A DNA stretch of 64,000 nucleotides from Clostridiales bacterium (lineage in GTDB: Bacteria > Bacillota > Clostridia > Peptostreptococcales > Anaerovoracaceae): the NCBI GenBank assembly GCA_012841165.1, contig DUVF01000012.1, forward strand, positions 2,977 through 66,976. Direction: 5' to 3'. A model generated the notes under the pieces. The model made no database searches. It saw only the letters and a list, made by a program, of their open reading frames with translations, and had not been told where the DNA came from. The translations under genes were made by a program, and so were the position numbers. The number at the start of each line of letters is the position of its first letter. The first letter of the stretch is position 1. Below are positions 1-9,504 of the stretch, piece by piece.

Positions 1-858
1 ATCGAGCATCCGGCGGGCTTTTTTAGATAGATAGGTGATATCGCCGCTGTCGATGCGAATCGCCATCTTGGCGGGCTTCAGTTCATGAAAAGCCCTGATC
101 GCATTGGGAACACCGGATTTGAGTGTATTGTAAGTATCGACCAGCAGAACGCAATTTTCCGGATAGGCCTTGCCATAAGCTATGAAAGATTCGTATTCGG
201 AATCAAACATCTGCACCCAGCTGTGCGCCATCGTGCCTAGAGCCGGGATTCCATAGTCGCGATCCGCTACTGTACAGGCTGTCCCGATGCAACCGCCGAT
301 ATATGCGGCGCGGGCGCCGTGGATGGCTGCTGAAGCGCCATGCGCCCGACGGGTACCGAACTCCATAATGCCTCGATGCTCGGCCGCCCGGACAATACGG
401 TTGGCCTTGGTCGCTATCAGACTCTGATGATTGATCAGCAGCAGTAAAATCGTCTCAATAAACTGCGCTTGTATAATGGGGCCGCGCACGGTAACAAGAG
501 GTTCTCCCGGAAATACCGGCGTCCCCTCCGGCACGGCCCAAACATCGCATTCAAATTTAAATTCGCGCAGATATTTCAAAAATGCCTCGCAGAAGATCCC
601 TTTTTTACGGAGGAATTCGATGTCCTCTTCAGTGAAATCGAAAGACTGAAAAGTATGGATCATCTGCTCCAGACCGGCCAGGATGGCAAAACCTCCTCCG
701 TCGGGAACACGCCTATAGAACATGTCAAAATATGCGATCGTATCACTGAAACCATTCTCAAAATAGCCATTGGCCATCGTCAGTTCGTAAAAATCGGTCA
801 ATAGTGTGGAATTGATCTGTTCTTCCTGGGTTTTCGCGCCGGTAAATCTTTCTTCCAT
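1..858 (-). CDS. pncB: nicotinate phosphoribosyltransferase, N-terminal part only (gene runs off the left edge)
   Basis: My minus-strand translation from the ATG at 858 reads MEERFTGAKTQEEQINSTLLTDFYELTMANGYF...GTRRAHG...LGTMAHSW, typical of NAPRTase. The frame stays open to position 1. It is missing from the ORF track because it is truncated. Confidence 0.8.
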   Translation of the reverse strand, partial: MEERFTGAKTQEEQINSTLLTDFYELTMANGYFENGFSDTIAYFDMFYRRVPDGGGFAILAGLEQMIHTFQSFDFTEEDIEFLRKKGIFCEAFLKYLREFKFECDVWAVPEGTPVFPGEPLVTVRGPIIQAQFIETILLLLINHQSLIATKANRIVRAAEHRGIMEFGTRRAHGASAAIHGARAAYIGGCIGTACTVADRDYGIPALGTMAHSWVQMFDSEYESFIAYGKAYPENCVLLVDTYNTLKSGVPNAIRAFHELKPAKMAIRIDSGDITYLSKKARRMLD

Positions 859-940
859 GGTCGTACCTCATATTTGCGGACAAGCCTGTCGAAAAAACCT
901 TAGTAGTTTAGTTTGCTAAAATAATATTATAGCATGTCCT

Positions 941-3784
941 TTAGGGAAATAATATCTTTTTCAAGTAATTACCCGTATAAGAAGTCTTGATTTGAGCCAG
1001 TTGCTCGGGTGTTCCGCTGGCTATCACCCGGCCGCCCCGGTCGCCGCCCTCGGGTCCTAGATCGATCACCGTATCCGCCATTTTAATGACATCTAAGTTA
1101 TGTTCGATGACGATGACGGTATTGCCTCCGTCAACCAGCCGTTCCAAAACCTGAATCAGCTTGTCGACATCCGCGAAATGCAGTCCCGTGGTAGGCTCGT
1201 CTAAGATGTACAACGTCCGCCCGGTGCTCCTGCGCGACAGTTCCGAAGCTAGCTTGACCCGCTGCGCTTCCCCGCCGGACAACTGAGTGGATGGCTGGCC
1301 TAATTTAATATAGCCCAGGCCGACCTCTTCAAGAGTCTGCAAATGCCGGGCAATGGCAGGCATGCTGGAAAAGAACTCCAACGCCTCCGAAACGTTCATA
1401 TCTAACACTTCATATATGTTTTTGCCCCGGTAGCGCACCTCCAGCGTCTCCCGGTTGTAGCGGCGACCCTGGCAAACCTCACAGGGTACATACACATCCG
1501 GCAGAAAATGCATTTCGATTTTGAGAATGCCGTCGCCGGCACAGGCTTCGCAACGTCCGCCGCTGACATTGAAACTGAAACGGCCTTTATTGAAGCCGCG
1601 CACCTTAGCGTCCGGCAGCTGGGCAAACAACTCACGGATCGGTGTGAAAACACCGGTGTAGGTGGCCGGATTAGAACGCGGCGTGCGGCCGATCGGCGAT
1701 TGATCGATATTGATCACTTTGTCAATTTTTTCCAATCCCCTGATTTCCTTGTGCACACCCGGCTTGTCGTGCGCCCGCGATATTTTAGCCGCTGCACCCT
1801 TGTAGAGGATCTCATTGACCAGGCTGCTCTTGCCGGAGCCGGATACCCCGGTGACGCAGATGAACTGCCCCAGAGGAAAGGCGACATCGATATTCTTCAG
1901 ATTGTTTTCCCGCGCCCCTCTCACTTCGATGAAGCCCTTATCCGCCGGGCGGCGGCCGGGCGGCAACTTGATCGATGCTTCTCCGCGCAGATATTGACCG
2001 GTGATCGAGCAGGAACTGGCTTTGATATCCTCAATCGTTCCCTGGGCGACTATCTCGCCACCGTGCAGGCCGGCGCCCGGACCGATATCGATGATGTGAT
2101 CGGCCGCGTACATTGTCTCCTCATCATGTTCCACCACTAAAAGAGTGTTTCCCATATCGGTCAGATTGCGCAGGGTGGCAAGCAGGCGGGCATTGTCCTT
2201 CTGGTGCAGGCCGATGCTCGGTTCGTCAAGAATGTATAAAACACCGACCAGGCCGGATCCGATCTGGGTAGCCAACCGGATGCGCTGGGCTTCCCCTCCG
2301 GACAGCGTCCCCGTCATGCGGGACAGGTTCAGATAATCGAGGCCGACATTGATCAGAAAGTGCAGACGATCTTTGATCTCTTTCAATATCTGATGCGCGA
2401 TGGCCTCTTCACGCTTGGTCAGGCTATAATGCTCCACCGTCTCTAACGCCTGCCGGATCGACTGATCGGACAGGTCGGCGATGTTCAATCCGCCTACTGT
2501 CACCGCCAGCACCTCCGGACGTAGCCGCTTTCCGCCACAGGCAGTGCATGGAGTCACGCTCATGAATTGCTGCATCTTCTCTTTGATATATTCTGAATTT
2601 GTTTCCGCGTAGCGGCGTTCCAGATTGTTCAAAACACCTTCAAAGGGATGGTTGCGATATGAACGGGAGCCGCTCCGGCGGCTTTCGTAATAGTATTCCA
2701 GCTTCCGCTGACCGGTGCCGTACAGCAGCTCGCGCTTAAAGCTTTCCGGCAGATCGCGGTAAGGCGTGTCGATATCGACTTTGTGCAGCCTGGCCAGCGC
2801 GTCTATCATCTGCCGGTAAAAACCGCTGAATTCCATGTTGGCAAAGATGCCCGAAAGCGCTCCCTGCGGGATGGACAGCTCCGGCCGGGTGATGATGCGA
2901 TCCGGGTCGATGCGCATCAGAAAACCCAGGCCATTGCATTCAGTGCAGGCGCCAAAAGGACTGTTGAATGAAAAAAACCGCGGTTCCATCTCTTCAATGC
3001 TGATTCCGTGATCCGGGCAGGCCAGCTTGGTGCTAAAAGTGAGCAGTTCAGGATCTCTCTCCCCTGTTTGAGCCAGCACCTGAACCAGACCTTCGCCGTG
3101 GCCGAGCGCCAGCTCGATTGCTTCCGCGATGCGACCGGCGCTGCCCGGCCGGACAATTACCCTGTCAACCACGATCTCGATCGAGTGTTTGTAATTTTTT
3201 TCCAGTTTGACGGTGGTTTCCGCCAGATCGACGATTTCGCCGTCGACGCGCGCCCGGACAAAGCCTTCGCGGCGGATCCGGTCGATCACTTTCTCGTGTT
3301 CGCCTTTTCGTTCCCGGATCAGCGGCGCCAACACCGTCAGACGCGTTCCTTCCGGCAGTTCCAACAAATGATCGACGATCTGATCAACTGTCTGGCTGGA
3401 GATCTCGACGCCGCAAACAGGACAATGCGGAATGCCGATGCGGGCGTAGAGCAGGCGCAGATAATCGTGAATCTCGGTCACCGTACCGACGGTCGAGCGC
3501 GGGTTGCGGTTGGTTGTCTTTTGATCGATAGATATCGCCGGCGACAACCCTTGAATGTATTCCACATCCGGTTTCTCCATCTGGCCGAGGAATTGCCGGG
3601 CATAGGCAGAAAGACTTTCCACATAACGCCGCTGACCCTCAGCGTAAATCGTATCAAAAGCTAACGACGACTTGCCCGAGCCGGACAGGCCGGTCAGGAC
3701 GACCAGCTTGTTGCGCGGTATCTCAACATCGATATTTTTTAAATTGTGCTGTCTGGCTCCTTTTACAATAATATTTCCTGACAT
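941..3784 (-). CDS. uvrA: excinuclease ABC subunit A
   Basis: 947 aa with two ABC ATPase modules ([18 protein letters not shown]) and zinc-finger Cys motifs. AGGAGA RBS upstream. Confidence 0.97.
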   Translation of the reverse strand: MSGNIIVKGARQHNLKNIDVEIPRNKLVVLTGLSGSGKSSLAFDTIYAEGQRRYVESLSAYARQFLGQMEKPDVEYIQGLSPAISIDQKTTNRNPRSTVGTVTEIHDYLRLLYARIGIPHCPVCGVEISSQTVDQIVDHLLELPEGTRLTVLAPLIRERKGEHEKVIDRIRREGFVRARVDGEIVDLAETTVKLEKNYKHSIEIVVDRVIVRPGSAGRIAEAIELALGHGEGLVQVLAQTGERDPELLTFSTKLACPDHGISIEEMEPRFFSFNSPFGACTECNGLGFLMRIDPDRIITRPELSIPQGALSGIFANMEFSGFYRQMIDALARLHKVDIDTPYRDLPESFKRELLYGTGQRKLEYYYESRRSGSRSYRNHPFEGVLNNLERRYAETNSEYIKEKMQQFMSVTPCTACGGKRLRPEVLAVTVGGLNIADLSDQSIRQALETVEHYSLTKREEAIAHQILKEIKDRLHFLINVGLDYLNLSRMTGTLSGGEAQRIRLATQIGSGLVGVLYILDEPSIGLHQKDNARLLATLRNLTDMGNTLLVVEHDEETMYAADHIIDIGPGAGLHGGEIVAQGTIEDIKASSCSITGQYLRGEASIKLPPGRRPADKGFIEVRGARENNLKNIDVAFPLGQFICVTGVSGSGKSSLVNEILYKGAAAKISRAHDKPGVHKEIRGLEKIDKVINIDQSPIGRTPRSNPATYTGVFTPIRELFAQLPDAKVRGFNKGRFSFNVSGGRCEACAGDGILKIEMHFLPDVYVPCEVCQGRRYNRETLEVRYRGKNIYEVLDMNVSEALEFFSSMPAIARHLQTLEEVGLGYIKLGQPSTQLSGGEAQRVKLASELSRRSTGRTLYILDEPTTGLHFADVDKLIQVLERLVDGGNTVIVIEHNLDVIKMADTVIDLGPEGGDRGGRVIASGTPEQLAQIKTSYTGNYLKKILFP

Positions 3785-3831
3785 CGTCTGTGCTTTCTCC
3801 TATAATCTATCTCTTCAGAGCCGGTATCTCA

Positions 3832-5802
3832 TCAGATCCGAACCTTGTATTCAAATATGCGATCGCGCAGTTCGGCCGCTCTCTCAAACTGTAGATCGGA
3901 AGCTGCCGCCCGCATTTCTCTCTCTAACAGTTTGACATAATCGACCAGCTCTTTTTTGGTCAGTTCCAGAGGGCTACGGCCATGATAGAAGCTGTCCTCA
4001 GGCTTTGCCGGCCGGGTGGCTTCGATGACCGCCCGAATGCTCTTTTGAATGGTTTTAGGCGTAATGCCATGCTCTTTGTTATACTGTTCCTGAATCGCTC
4101 TCCGGCGGGCGGTTTCATCGATCGCCCGTTGCATCGCCGGACTGATCTTATCAGCGTACATCAGCACCTGGCCGTCGGCGTTGCGCGCCGCCCGGCCGAC
4201 GGTCTGAATGAGCGAGGTCTCGGTGCGCAAAAAACCTTCTTTGTCCGCGTCCAGAATCGCCACCAGCGATACCTCCGGCAGATCAAGCCCCTCGCGCAGC
4301 AGATTGATTCCCACCAGCACATCAAACTGCCCCAGCCTGAGATCGCGCAGAATCTCGATGCGTTCCAGGGTCTCCACTTCCGAATGCAGATAGCGCACCC
4401 GGATGCCGACGCTGCTCAAGTAATCGGTCAGGTCTTCAGCCATTTTTTTGGTCAACGTGGTTATCAACACCCGTTCGCCACGTTCCGTCACCTGATTGAT
4501 GCGGCCGATCAGGTGGTCGATCTGACCTTTGGTAGGTATCACCTCGATGGTCGGGTCCAGCAGCCCGGTCGGTCGGATTACCTGTTCCACCACGACCCCG
4601 CCGCTCTGCTCTCGCTCATAGTCCGCCGGTGTGGCGCTGACATAGACTATCTGATGGATCAGAGAATTGAATTCTTCAAAGGACAGCGGCCGGTTATCCA
4701 TCGCCGAAGGGAGCCGGAAGCCATAGTCGACCAGATTTGCTTTGCGCGAATAATTGCCGGCCCACATGCCCCGAAGCTGCGGCAGCATGACGTGCGATTC
4801 ATCTATTATAATCAAGAAATCTTCCGGAAAGTAATCTATTAAAGTATAAGGCCGGCTACCCGCCGGTAGCCCTGTGATATGACGGGAGTAATTCTCAATT
4901 CCCTTACAGCTGCCGACTTCGCGCAACAGTTCAATGTCATAGCGGGTTCTTTGTTCCAGGCGCTGCGCTTCAACCAGTTTGTCCTGTCCGCGAAACCAGG
5001 CCAACCGGTCAGTCAGTTCGCTCTCAATGTCTCGCGCCGCCCGCTCCATGTTTTCTTTAGAGGAAACATAGTGCGACGCCGGAAAAATCAAGACATGGTT
5101 GCGCAATCCGGTAATCTCACCGGTCACCGGATTGAACTCCTTGAGGCTTTCGATCTCATCGCCGAACAATTCCACCCGGACCGCCTGGTCAGCACCGGCC
5201 GGAAAAATATCTATAATGTCGCCGCGCGCCCGAAAGCTGCTGCGAACGAATTCCGTGTCGTTCCGGTCATACTGGATATCGACCAGCTTATGCAATATCT
5301 GATTGCGTTCCTTTATCATACCTGGCCGCAGCGACAGGACCTGATTGCTGTAGTCTATCGGACTGCCCAGGCCAAAGATACAAGACACGGAAGCGACGAT
5401 GATGACATCCTGACGTTCGCCCAAAGCAGCCGTGGCGGAGTGACGCAGTTTTTCAATTTCGTCGTTGATATCAGAATCTTTTTCTATATATAGATCTGTT
5501 GCCGGCACATAGGCTTCCGGTTGATAATAATCGTAATAACTGACAAAGTATTCGACCGCGCTGTCCGGAAAAAACTCTTTAAACTCCCCGTACAACTGAG
5601 CTGCCAGGGTCTTGTTATGGGATATTACCAGAGTCGGTTTCTGCACTCTTTCAATGACATTGGCCATCGTGAAAGTCTTGCCTGATCCGGTAACACCAAG
5701 CAGAGTTTGATGCCGTTTCCCGCTTGTGATCCCATGCACGATCTGTTCGACCGCCTGCGGCTGGTCGCCTGTCATTTTATAGTCTGATTCGAGTTTAAAC
5801 AT
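3832..5802 (-). CDS. uvrB: excinuclease ABC subunit B
   Basis: Helicase motifs ([12 protein letters not shown]) and the C-terminal UVR domain. I placed the start at MFKLESDY (ATG 5802), which follows GGAAGGAG, rather than at the ORF-track start 5829. Confidence 0.95.
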   Translation of the reverse strand: MFKLESDYKMTGDQPQAVEQIVHGITSGKRHQTLLGVTGSGKTFTMANVIERVQKPTLVISHNKTLAAQLYGEFKEFFPDSAVEYFVSYYDYYQPEAYVPATDLYIEKDSDINDEIEKLRHSATAALGERQDVIIVASVSCIFGLGSPIDYSNQVLSLRPGMIKERNQILHKLVDIQYDRNDTEFVRSSFRARGDIIDIFPAGADQAVRVELFGDEIESLKEFNPVTGEITGLRNHVLIFPASHYVSSKENMERAARDIESELTDRLAWFRGQDKLVEAQRLEQRTRYDIELLREVGSCKGIENYSRHITGLPAGSRPYTLIDYFPEDFLIIIDESHVMLPQLRGMWAGNYSRKANLVDYGFRLPSAMDNRPLSFEEFNSLIHQIVYVSATPADYEREQSGGVVVEQVIRPTGLLDPTIEVIPTKGQIDHLIGRINQVTERGERVLITTLTKKMAEDLTDYLSSVGIRVRYLHSEVETLERIEILRDLRLGQFDVLVGINLLREGLDLPEVSLVAILDADKEGFLRTETSLIQTVGRAARNADGQVLMYADKISPAMQRAIDETARRRAIQEQYNKEHGITPKTIQKSIRAVIEATRPAKPEDSFYHGRSPLELTKKELVDYVKLLEREMRAAASDLQFERAAELRDRIFEYKVRI

Positions 5803-5823
5803 ATTTCTCCTTCCGACCGGACA

Positions 5824-5835
5824 GAACATTTGTTC
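5824..5835. promoter_or_regulatory. Cheo/LexA (SOS) box GAACATTTGTTC
   Basis: Exact GAAC-N4-GTTC palindrome 22 nt upstream of the uvrB ATG and just downstream of the predicted -10. Firmicutes uvrBA operons are classical SOS genes. Confidence 0.6.
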
Positions 5836-5842
5836 CTAATTG

Positions 5843-5871
5843 AGCATATACACAAAGGTCGGGATCGTCAA
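5843..5871 (-). promoter_or_regulatory. candidate sigma-A promoter of uvrBA (TTGACG-17-TATGCT)
   Basis: Minus-strand hexamers sit at 5871-5866 and 5848-5843 with a 17-nt spacer. Confidence 0.45.
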
Positions 5872-5914
5872 TGCTCTTTTTGTCTGCAATTTGGCTGTTG
5901 CTCTTTTTGTTCTC

Positions 5915-5943
5915 TTGCCAGCAACGGCATTTTCATATATAAT
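5915..5943 (+). promoter_or_regulatory. candidate sigma-A promoter of citrate synthase (TTGCCA-17-TATAAT)
   Basis: Hexamers read directly at 5915-5920 and 5938-5943 with a 17-nt spacer, about 90 nt upstream of the ATG. Confidence 0.55.
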
Positions 5944-6033
5944 TCCATCGACTATCTATTGCTGATAATTATGAACTCACCCATTTTGAAACAGATACCG
6001 CTGGAATTAAAAACAAATGCGGGAGGGCTCTAA

Positions 6034-7551
6034 ATGACAAAAAAAAACTCGAATCAAACATTCTTCAGCAAAGTGAAGAATTTTCTGTCATATGACATTT
6101 CCGATAAAACAAAATCATTGCGTCAACCAAGATCCAAACCGGTGGCAGAGATCGAAGGCCTGATCAGCCGCGGTTCCGAGAAAGAAAAACTCTTTCTAAA
6201 ATCCGCCGCCGACAAACTGAAAAAAAGCAATCAGATAGATAGCTCGCTCTACACAAAATACGATGTTAAACGCGGCTTGCGAAACGCCAACGGCACCGGC
6301 GTAGTGGTCGGACTGACCAGAATCGGCGATGTCTGCGGCTATGAAACTAACGAAAAAAACGAAAAAATCCCAATCGAAGGAAAACTCTATTACCGCGGTA
6401 TTGATGTAGAAGATCTGGTTCGAAATTGCATCGCCGAAGACCGCTTTGGATATGAAGAAACCAGCTACTTGCTGTTGTTTGGCGAATTACCCACATCAAA
6501 GCAATTAGATACCTACATGCGCACCCTGTCTGCCCGGCGCGAACTGCCTCCCGGCTTCGCCCGCGACATGATACTGGGCGCCCCTAGCAAAAACGTCATG
6601 AACAAACTGGCCCGGAGCGTCCTTGCCCTTTATTCCTATGATGATAGGGCCGACGACCCGTCCATACAGAATGTTCTCCGCCAGTCCATCGACCTGATCG
6701 GCTATTTCCCCACTCTGATCGCCTACGGTTACCAGGCGGAACGCTCACACTACCACAATGAAAGTTTACATCTACACTACCCGGCGCCAGATCGCTGTAC
6801 CGCTGAAAATATCCTCCGCATGATACGACCGACCGGCGAATACTCAGACCTCGAGGCGAAAATCCTAGACCTGTGCATGATCCTGCACGCCGAGCATGGC
6901 GGCGGAAACAGTTCTTCCTTTACCACTCATCTGGTTTCTTCATCCGGCACCGATACCTACTCGGTAATTTCCGCGGCAGTAGGTTCCCTGAAAGGGCCGC
7001 GTCATGGCGGTGCCAATGTCGAAGTGCTGGGTATGATCGCAGACCTGAAAAGTCAGGTTAAAGATATCACCAATCACAAAGAAGTGGAGAAATATCTTCT
7101 CCGCCTGCTCAACGGCCAGGCCTTTGATGGCGCCGGGCTGATCTATGGCCTGGGCCACGCGGTATACACGATATCTGACCCGCGGGCGATCTTAATCAAG
7201 AAAATGGCCCGTAAACTGGCAGAGACCTACGACCGGATGGACGATTTCATGCTCTATGACTTCATTGAAAAACGGGGCGCCGAGCTTTTCTCACAATATA
7301 AAAAAATCGACCGTAAAATTCCGGCCAATGTAGATCTTTATTCTGGCTTTGTCTACGAGGTGCTCAATATCCCGCATGATATCGCAACGCCCATCTTTGC
7401 CGCCTCCCGGATCTCGGGCTGGTGCGCCCACCGGCTGGAAGAGCTGGTCGCAGGCGGAAAATTAATGCGTCCGGCTTACATAAATGTCCAGCCAAGCGCT
7501 CCCTATGTCCCTATAAAGCACCGCAGCAACGGCTCTCACAGCAGCAAATAG
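6034..7551 (+). CDS. citrate synthase (Si-type family), with a Lys/Ser-rich N-terminal extension
   Basis: Catalytic signatures GLGHAVY and LHAEHGGGN are present, along with a YTKYDVKRGLR motif as in clostridial citrate synthases. GGGAGGG RBS. Confidence 0.85.
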   Translation: MTKKNSNQTFFSKVKNFLSYDISDKTKSLRQPRSKPVAEIEGLISRGSEKEKLFLKSAADKLKKSNQIDSSLYTKYDVKRGLRNANGTGVVVGLTRIGDVCGYETNEKNEKIPIEGKLYYRGIDVEDLVRNCIAEDRFGYEETSYLLLFGELPTSKQLDTYMRTLSARRELPPGFARDMILGAPSKNVMNKLARSVLALYSYDDRADDPSIQNVLRQSIDLIGYFPTLIAYGYQAERSHYHNESLHLHYPAPDRCTAENILRMIRPTGEYSDLEAKILDLCMILHAEHGGGNSSSFTTHLVSSSGTDTYSVISAAVGSLKGPRHGGANVEVLGMIADLKSQVKDITNHKEVEKYLLRLLNGQAFDGAGLIYGLGHAVYTISDPRAILIKKMARKLAETYDRMDDFMLYDFIEKRGAELFSQYKKIDRKIPANVDLYSGFVYEVLNIPHDIATPIFAASRISGWCAHRLEELVAGGKLMRPAYINVQPSAPYVPIKHRSNGSHSSK

Positions 7552-8405
7552 ATGTTTGCCAGCGCCAGCGCCAAACATACCAAAGCGATCACATGATACT
7601 TCAGACGTGATCCGCCCTGCCTTAAGCGATTCTGTACGATAGGCGAAAGTTTCAAAGCCTGTGTGGCCAGGCAAACTCCAACGCCGACGAAGCCGCTGAT
7701 CAAGCTTTGTCCGAAATGTAGTACAAACAGAAAACTAAATAACAAGATATCTTCATACCAACGTCCCCACTGCAGTAAAAAAAGTTCCCGACCGGTATAA
7801 CCCGGCTGCTCTTCGTAGTGGGGATAGCCTTTTTTAGGGAAAGCTGCCCGGCTGCCAATCAGAATAAAGACGACCACCATCGGCAACAATCCCGAAAGTT
7901 CAAAGATCGGCGGAGCCGCCGCCGCAATGATGGCTCTCAGCCGTAAACTGGCTGAACCCGTCGCATAACCGGTAAACAGATAGAGGCCGAACGCCAGCAA
8001 GGCAAAGCCCACAATAAAGATAAACAGGCGCAAGAACTCATTATCGATCAACTCTCTCCAACTGTCCGGTTGGCGGAGGCACAATCCCGCAATCAGGCAC
8101 AAATTCGCCGCTCCCATCAACCCTATCACCCAGATGAGATTGAGGCCTGCAAAAAACAATACCCCTGCCGCTGCCATCGCCAAGAGATACAGCAGCGCAA
8201 ACAAGCCGGCCGGACGCCCCCGACCCCTGACTCCCCTGCGGCTGAGCTGAGCCAGCCAACCACCCAGGGAATCGATCCGCCCGGAACGCAGCGGAGCGCC
8301 AAAGCTGACGGCCACCAGATGACTAATGCGGTCAAGCAAACTGCCGACCACAGGCGACAATATTAAAAACAGAATTATCCCGGGCAAGTACTCTTTAATT
8401 GACAT
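7536..8405 (-). CDS. polytopic membrane protein (about 8 TM) of unknown function; weak NuoH/HycD/EchB-like features
   Basis: 289 aa and very hydrophobic, with a GAGGTGGG RBS and a near-consensus promoter. The loop EEQPGYTGRELFLLQWG and the C-terminal NRLR recall the E-x-E...EYSG...KWG and ARLR regions of complex-I subunit-1 family proteins. This comparison is from memory only. Confidence 0.6.
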   Translation of the reverse strand: MSIKEYLPGIILFLILSPVVGSLLDRISHLVAVSFGAPLRSGRIDSLGGWLAQLSRRGVRGRGRPAGLFALLYLLAMAAAGVLFFAGLNLIWVIGLMGAANLCLIAGLCLRQPDSWRELIDNEFLRLFIFIVGFALLAFGLYLFTGYATGSASLRLRAIIAAAAPPIFELSGLLPMVVVFILIGSRAAFPKKGYPHYEEQPGYTGRELFLLQWGRWYEDILLFSFLFVLHFGQSLISGFVGVGVCLATQALKLSPIVQNRLRQGGSRLKYHVIALVCLALALANIYLLL

Positions 8406-8436
8406 AGGCTACCCACCTCGCATCGGCATAAGCCAA

Positions 8437-8457
8437 GATGGCGTATTATACGCCATC
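8437..8457. promoter_or_regulatory. perfect 21-bp palindrome GATGGCGTATTATACGCCATC at the predicted transcription start of the membrane-protein gene
   Basis: Read directly: 10-bp arms around one central base, 5-25 nt downstream of the -10 hexamer on the minus strand. Confidence 0.4.
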
Positions 8458-8462
8458 ATTTG

Positions 8463-8491
8463 ATTATACACTTCTTACCACGAATTGACAA
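8463..8491 (-). promoter_or_regulatory. sigma-A promoter TTGTCA-17-TATAAT for the membrane-protein gene
   Basis: Minus-strand hexamers at 8491-8486 and 8468-8463 with a 17-nt spacer. Confidence 0.6.
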
Positions 8492-8524
8492 TCTGCCATC
8501 TCGGACAGCACATAAGAAGGGTAA

Positions 8525-9124
8525 TCAGAGTTCACGCCGCCCTTCCATAGCTTTTGACAGCGTCGCTTCATCTGTGTATTCTAAATCCCCGCCCACAGGT
8601 ATGCCGTGAGCGATTCTGGTGACCTTTATACCGGAAGGCTTGATCAATCGCGCGATATACATTGCAGTAGCCTCGCCTTCGATGTTTGGATTTGTAGCCA
8701 GAATAATCTCCTCAACCGGTTCCTGCGCCAAACGGGTGATCAAAGATTTTAGATTAATATCTTCCGGCCCGACGCCGTCGAGCGGCGAGATCGTGCCGTG
8801 CAAAACATGATATCGGCCACGAAATTCCCTCAGCCGCTCCATTGACGCAACATCACGGGCCGATTCAACTACACAGATGACTTTGTCATCGCGGCTTTTG
8901 TCCGAGCAAATCGCACAGGGATCGACATCAGTCAGATTTCCGCATTCCGAACAATACCGCATGGTCTGTTTGGCCTCTAGGATGGCTTCCGCTAACGCCT
9001 GGGCCTCGCTGTCCTTCAGAGATAATATATGAAAGGCCAATCGTTGAGCAGTTCTCCGGCCGATACCGGGCAATTTCGATAGTTCACCTATCAGTTGGTT
9101 GAGAGATTTCGAATCATAGCGCAT
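8525..9124 (-). CDS. recR: recombination protein RecR
   Basis: 199 aa with the HhH motif ([14 protein letters not shown]), a C4 zinc finger (CSECGN...CAIC) and a Toprim region. Confidence 0.95.
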   Translation of the reverse strand: MRYDSKSLNQLIGELSKLPGIGRRTAQRLAFHILSLKDSEAQALAEAILEAKQTMRYCSECGNLTDVDPCAICSDKSRDDKVICVVESARDVASMERLREFRGRYHVLHGTISPLDGVGPEDINLKSLITRLAQEPVEEIILATNPNIEGEATAMYIARLIKPSGIKVTRIAHGIPVGGDLEYTDEATLSKAMEGRREL

Positions 9125-9130
9125 TTGGAT

Positions 9131-9487
9131 CTACATTCCCGGAAAGTTTATCGCGCCGGTGATACGATTCATCTCCGCGTTGCTCAGTTCTTCTATCTGG
9201 CGCAACGCTTCATTGACTGCCGCCATGATCAGATCCTGCAGCATTTCAATATCGTCGGGATCAACCACTTCCGGCTTCAGTTCCAGTCGAGTGATTTCCT
9301 TTTTACCGTTAACTGTCGCGCTGACTACGCCGCCGCCGGCCGTAGCGGTAATTTCCTTGGTCTCCAGCTCAGCCTGAGCTTCTTCCATTTTCTGCTGCAT
9401 CGCCTGAATTTGCTGCATCTGCTTTTGCATGGCTGCCTGCTGGCCACCGCCGCCCGATTTTTTACCGGCCCTCATTCCTCTGCCCAT
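9131..9487 (-). CDS. ybaB: YbaB/EbfC nucleoid-associated DNA-binding protein
   Basis: 118 aa in the conserved position between dnaX and recR, with Gln/Met-rich N-terminal and YbaB-like core sequence. Confidence 0.9.
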   Translation of the reverse strand: MGRGMRAGKKSGGGGQQAAMQKQMQQIQAMQQKMEEAQAELETKEITATAGGGVVSATVNGKKEITRLELKPEVVDPDDIEMLQDLIMAAVNEALRQIEELSNAEMNRITGAINFPGM

Positions 9488-9504
9488 AGCATCTCTTCCT
9501 CCTA

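Noticed and set aside
431-804. Two plus-strand ORFs (72 and 111 aa) at the left edge.
   Set aside because: They are antisense to the clearly recognisable pncB reading frame, which the ORF track missed because it is truncated by the window edge.
3982-4842. Long antisense ORFs inside well-supported genes. Examples: 286 aa opposite uvrB, 292 aa at 36507-37385 opposite the BMP gene, 253 aa at 60352-61113 opposite the dehydratase alpha subunit, and 252 aa at 20172-20930 opposite hydB.
   Set aside because: Their translations are low-complexity and Arg/Gly/Ala/Pro-rich with no motifs or RBS. Each lies fully inside a gene with clear conserved motifs on the other strand. They are the expected stop-poor shadow frames in moderately GC-rich coding DNA.
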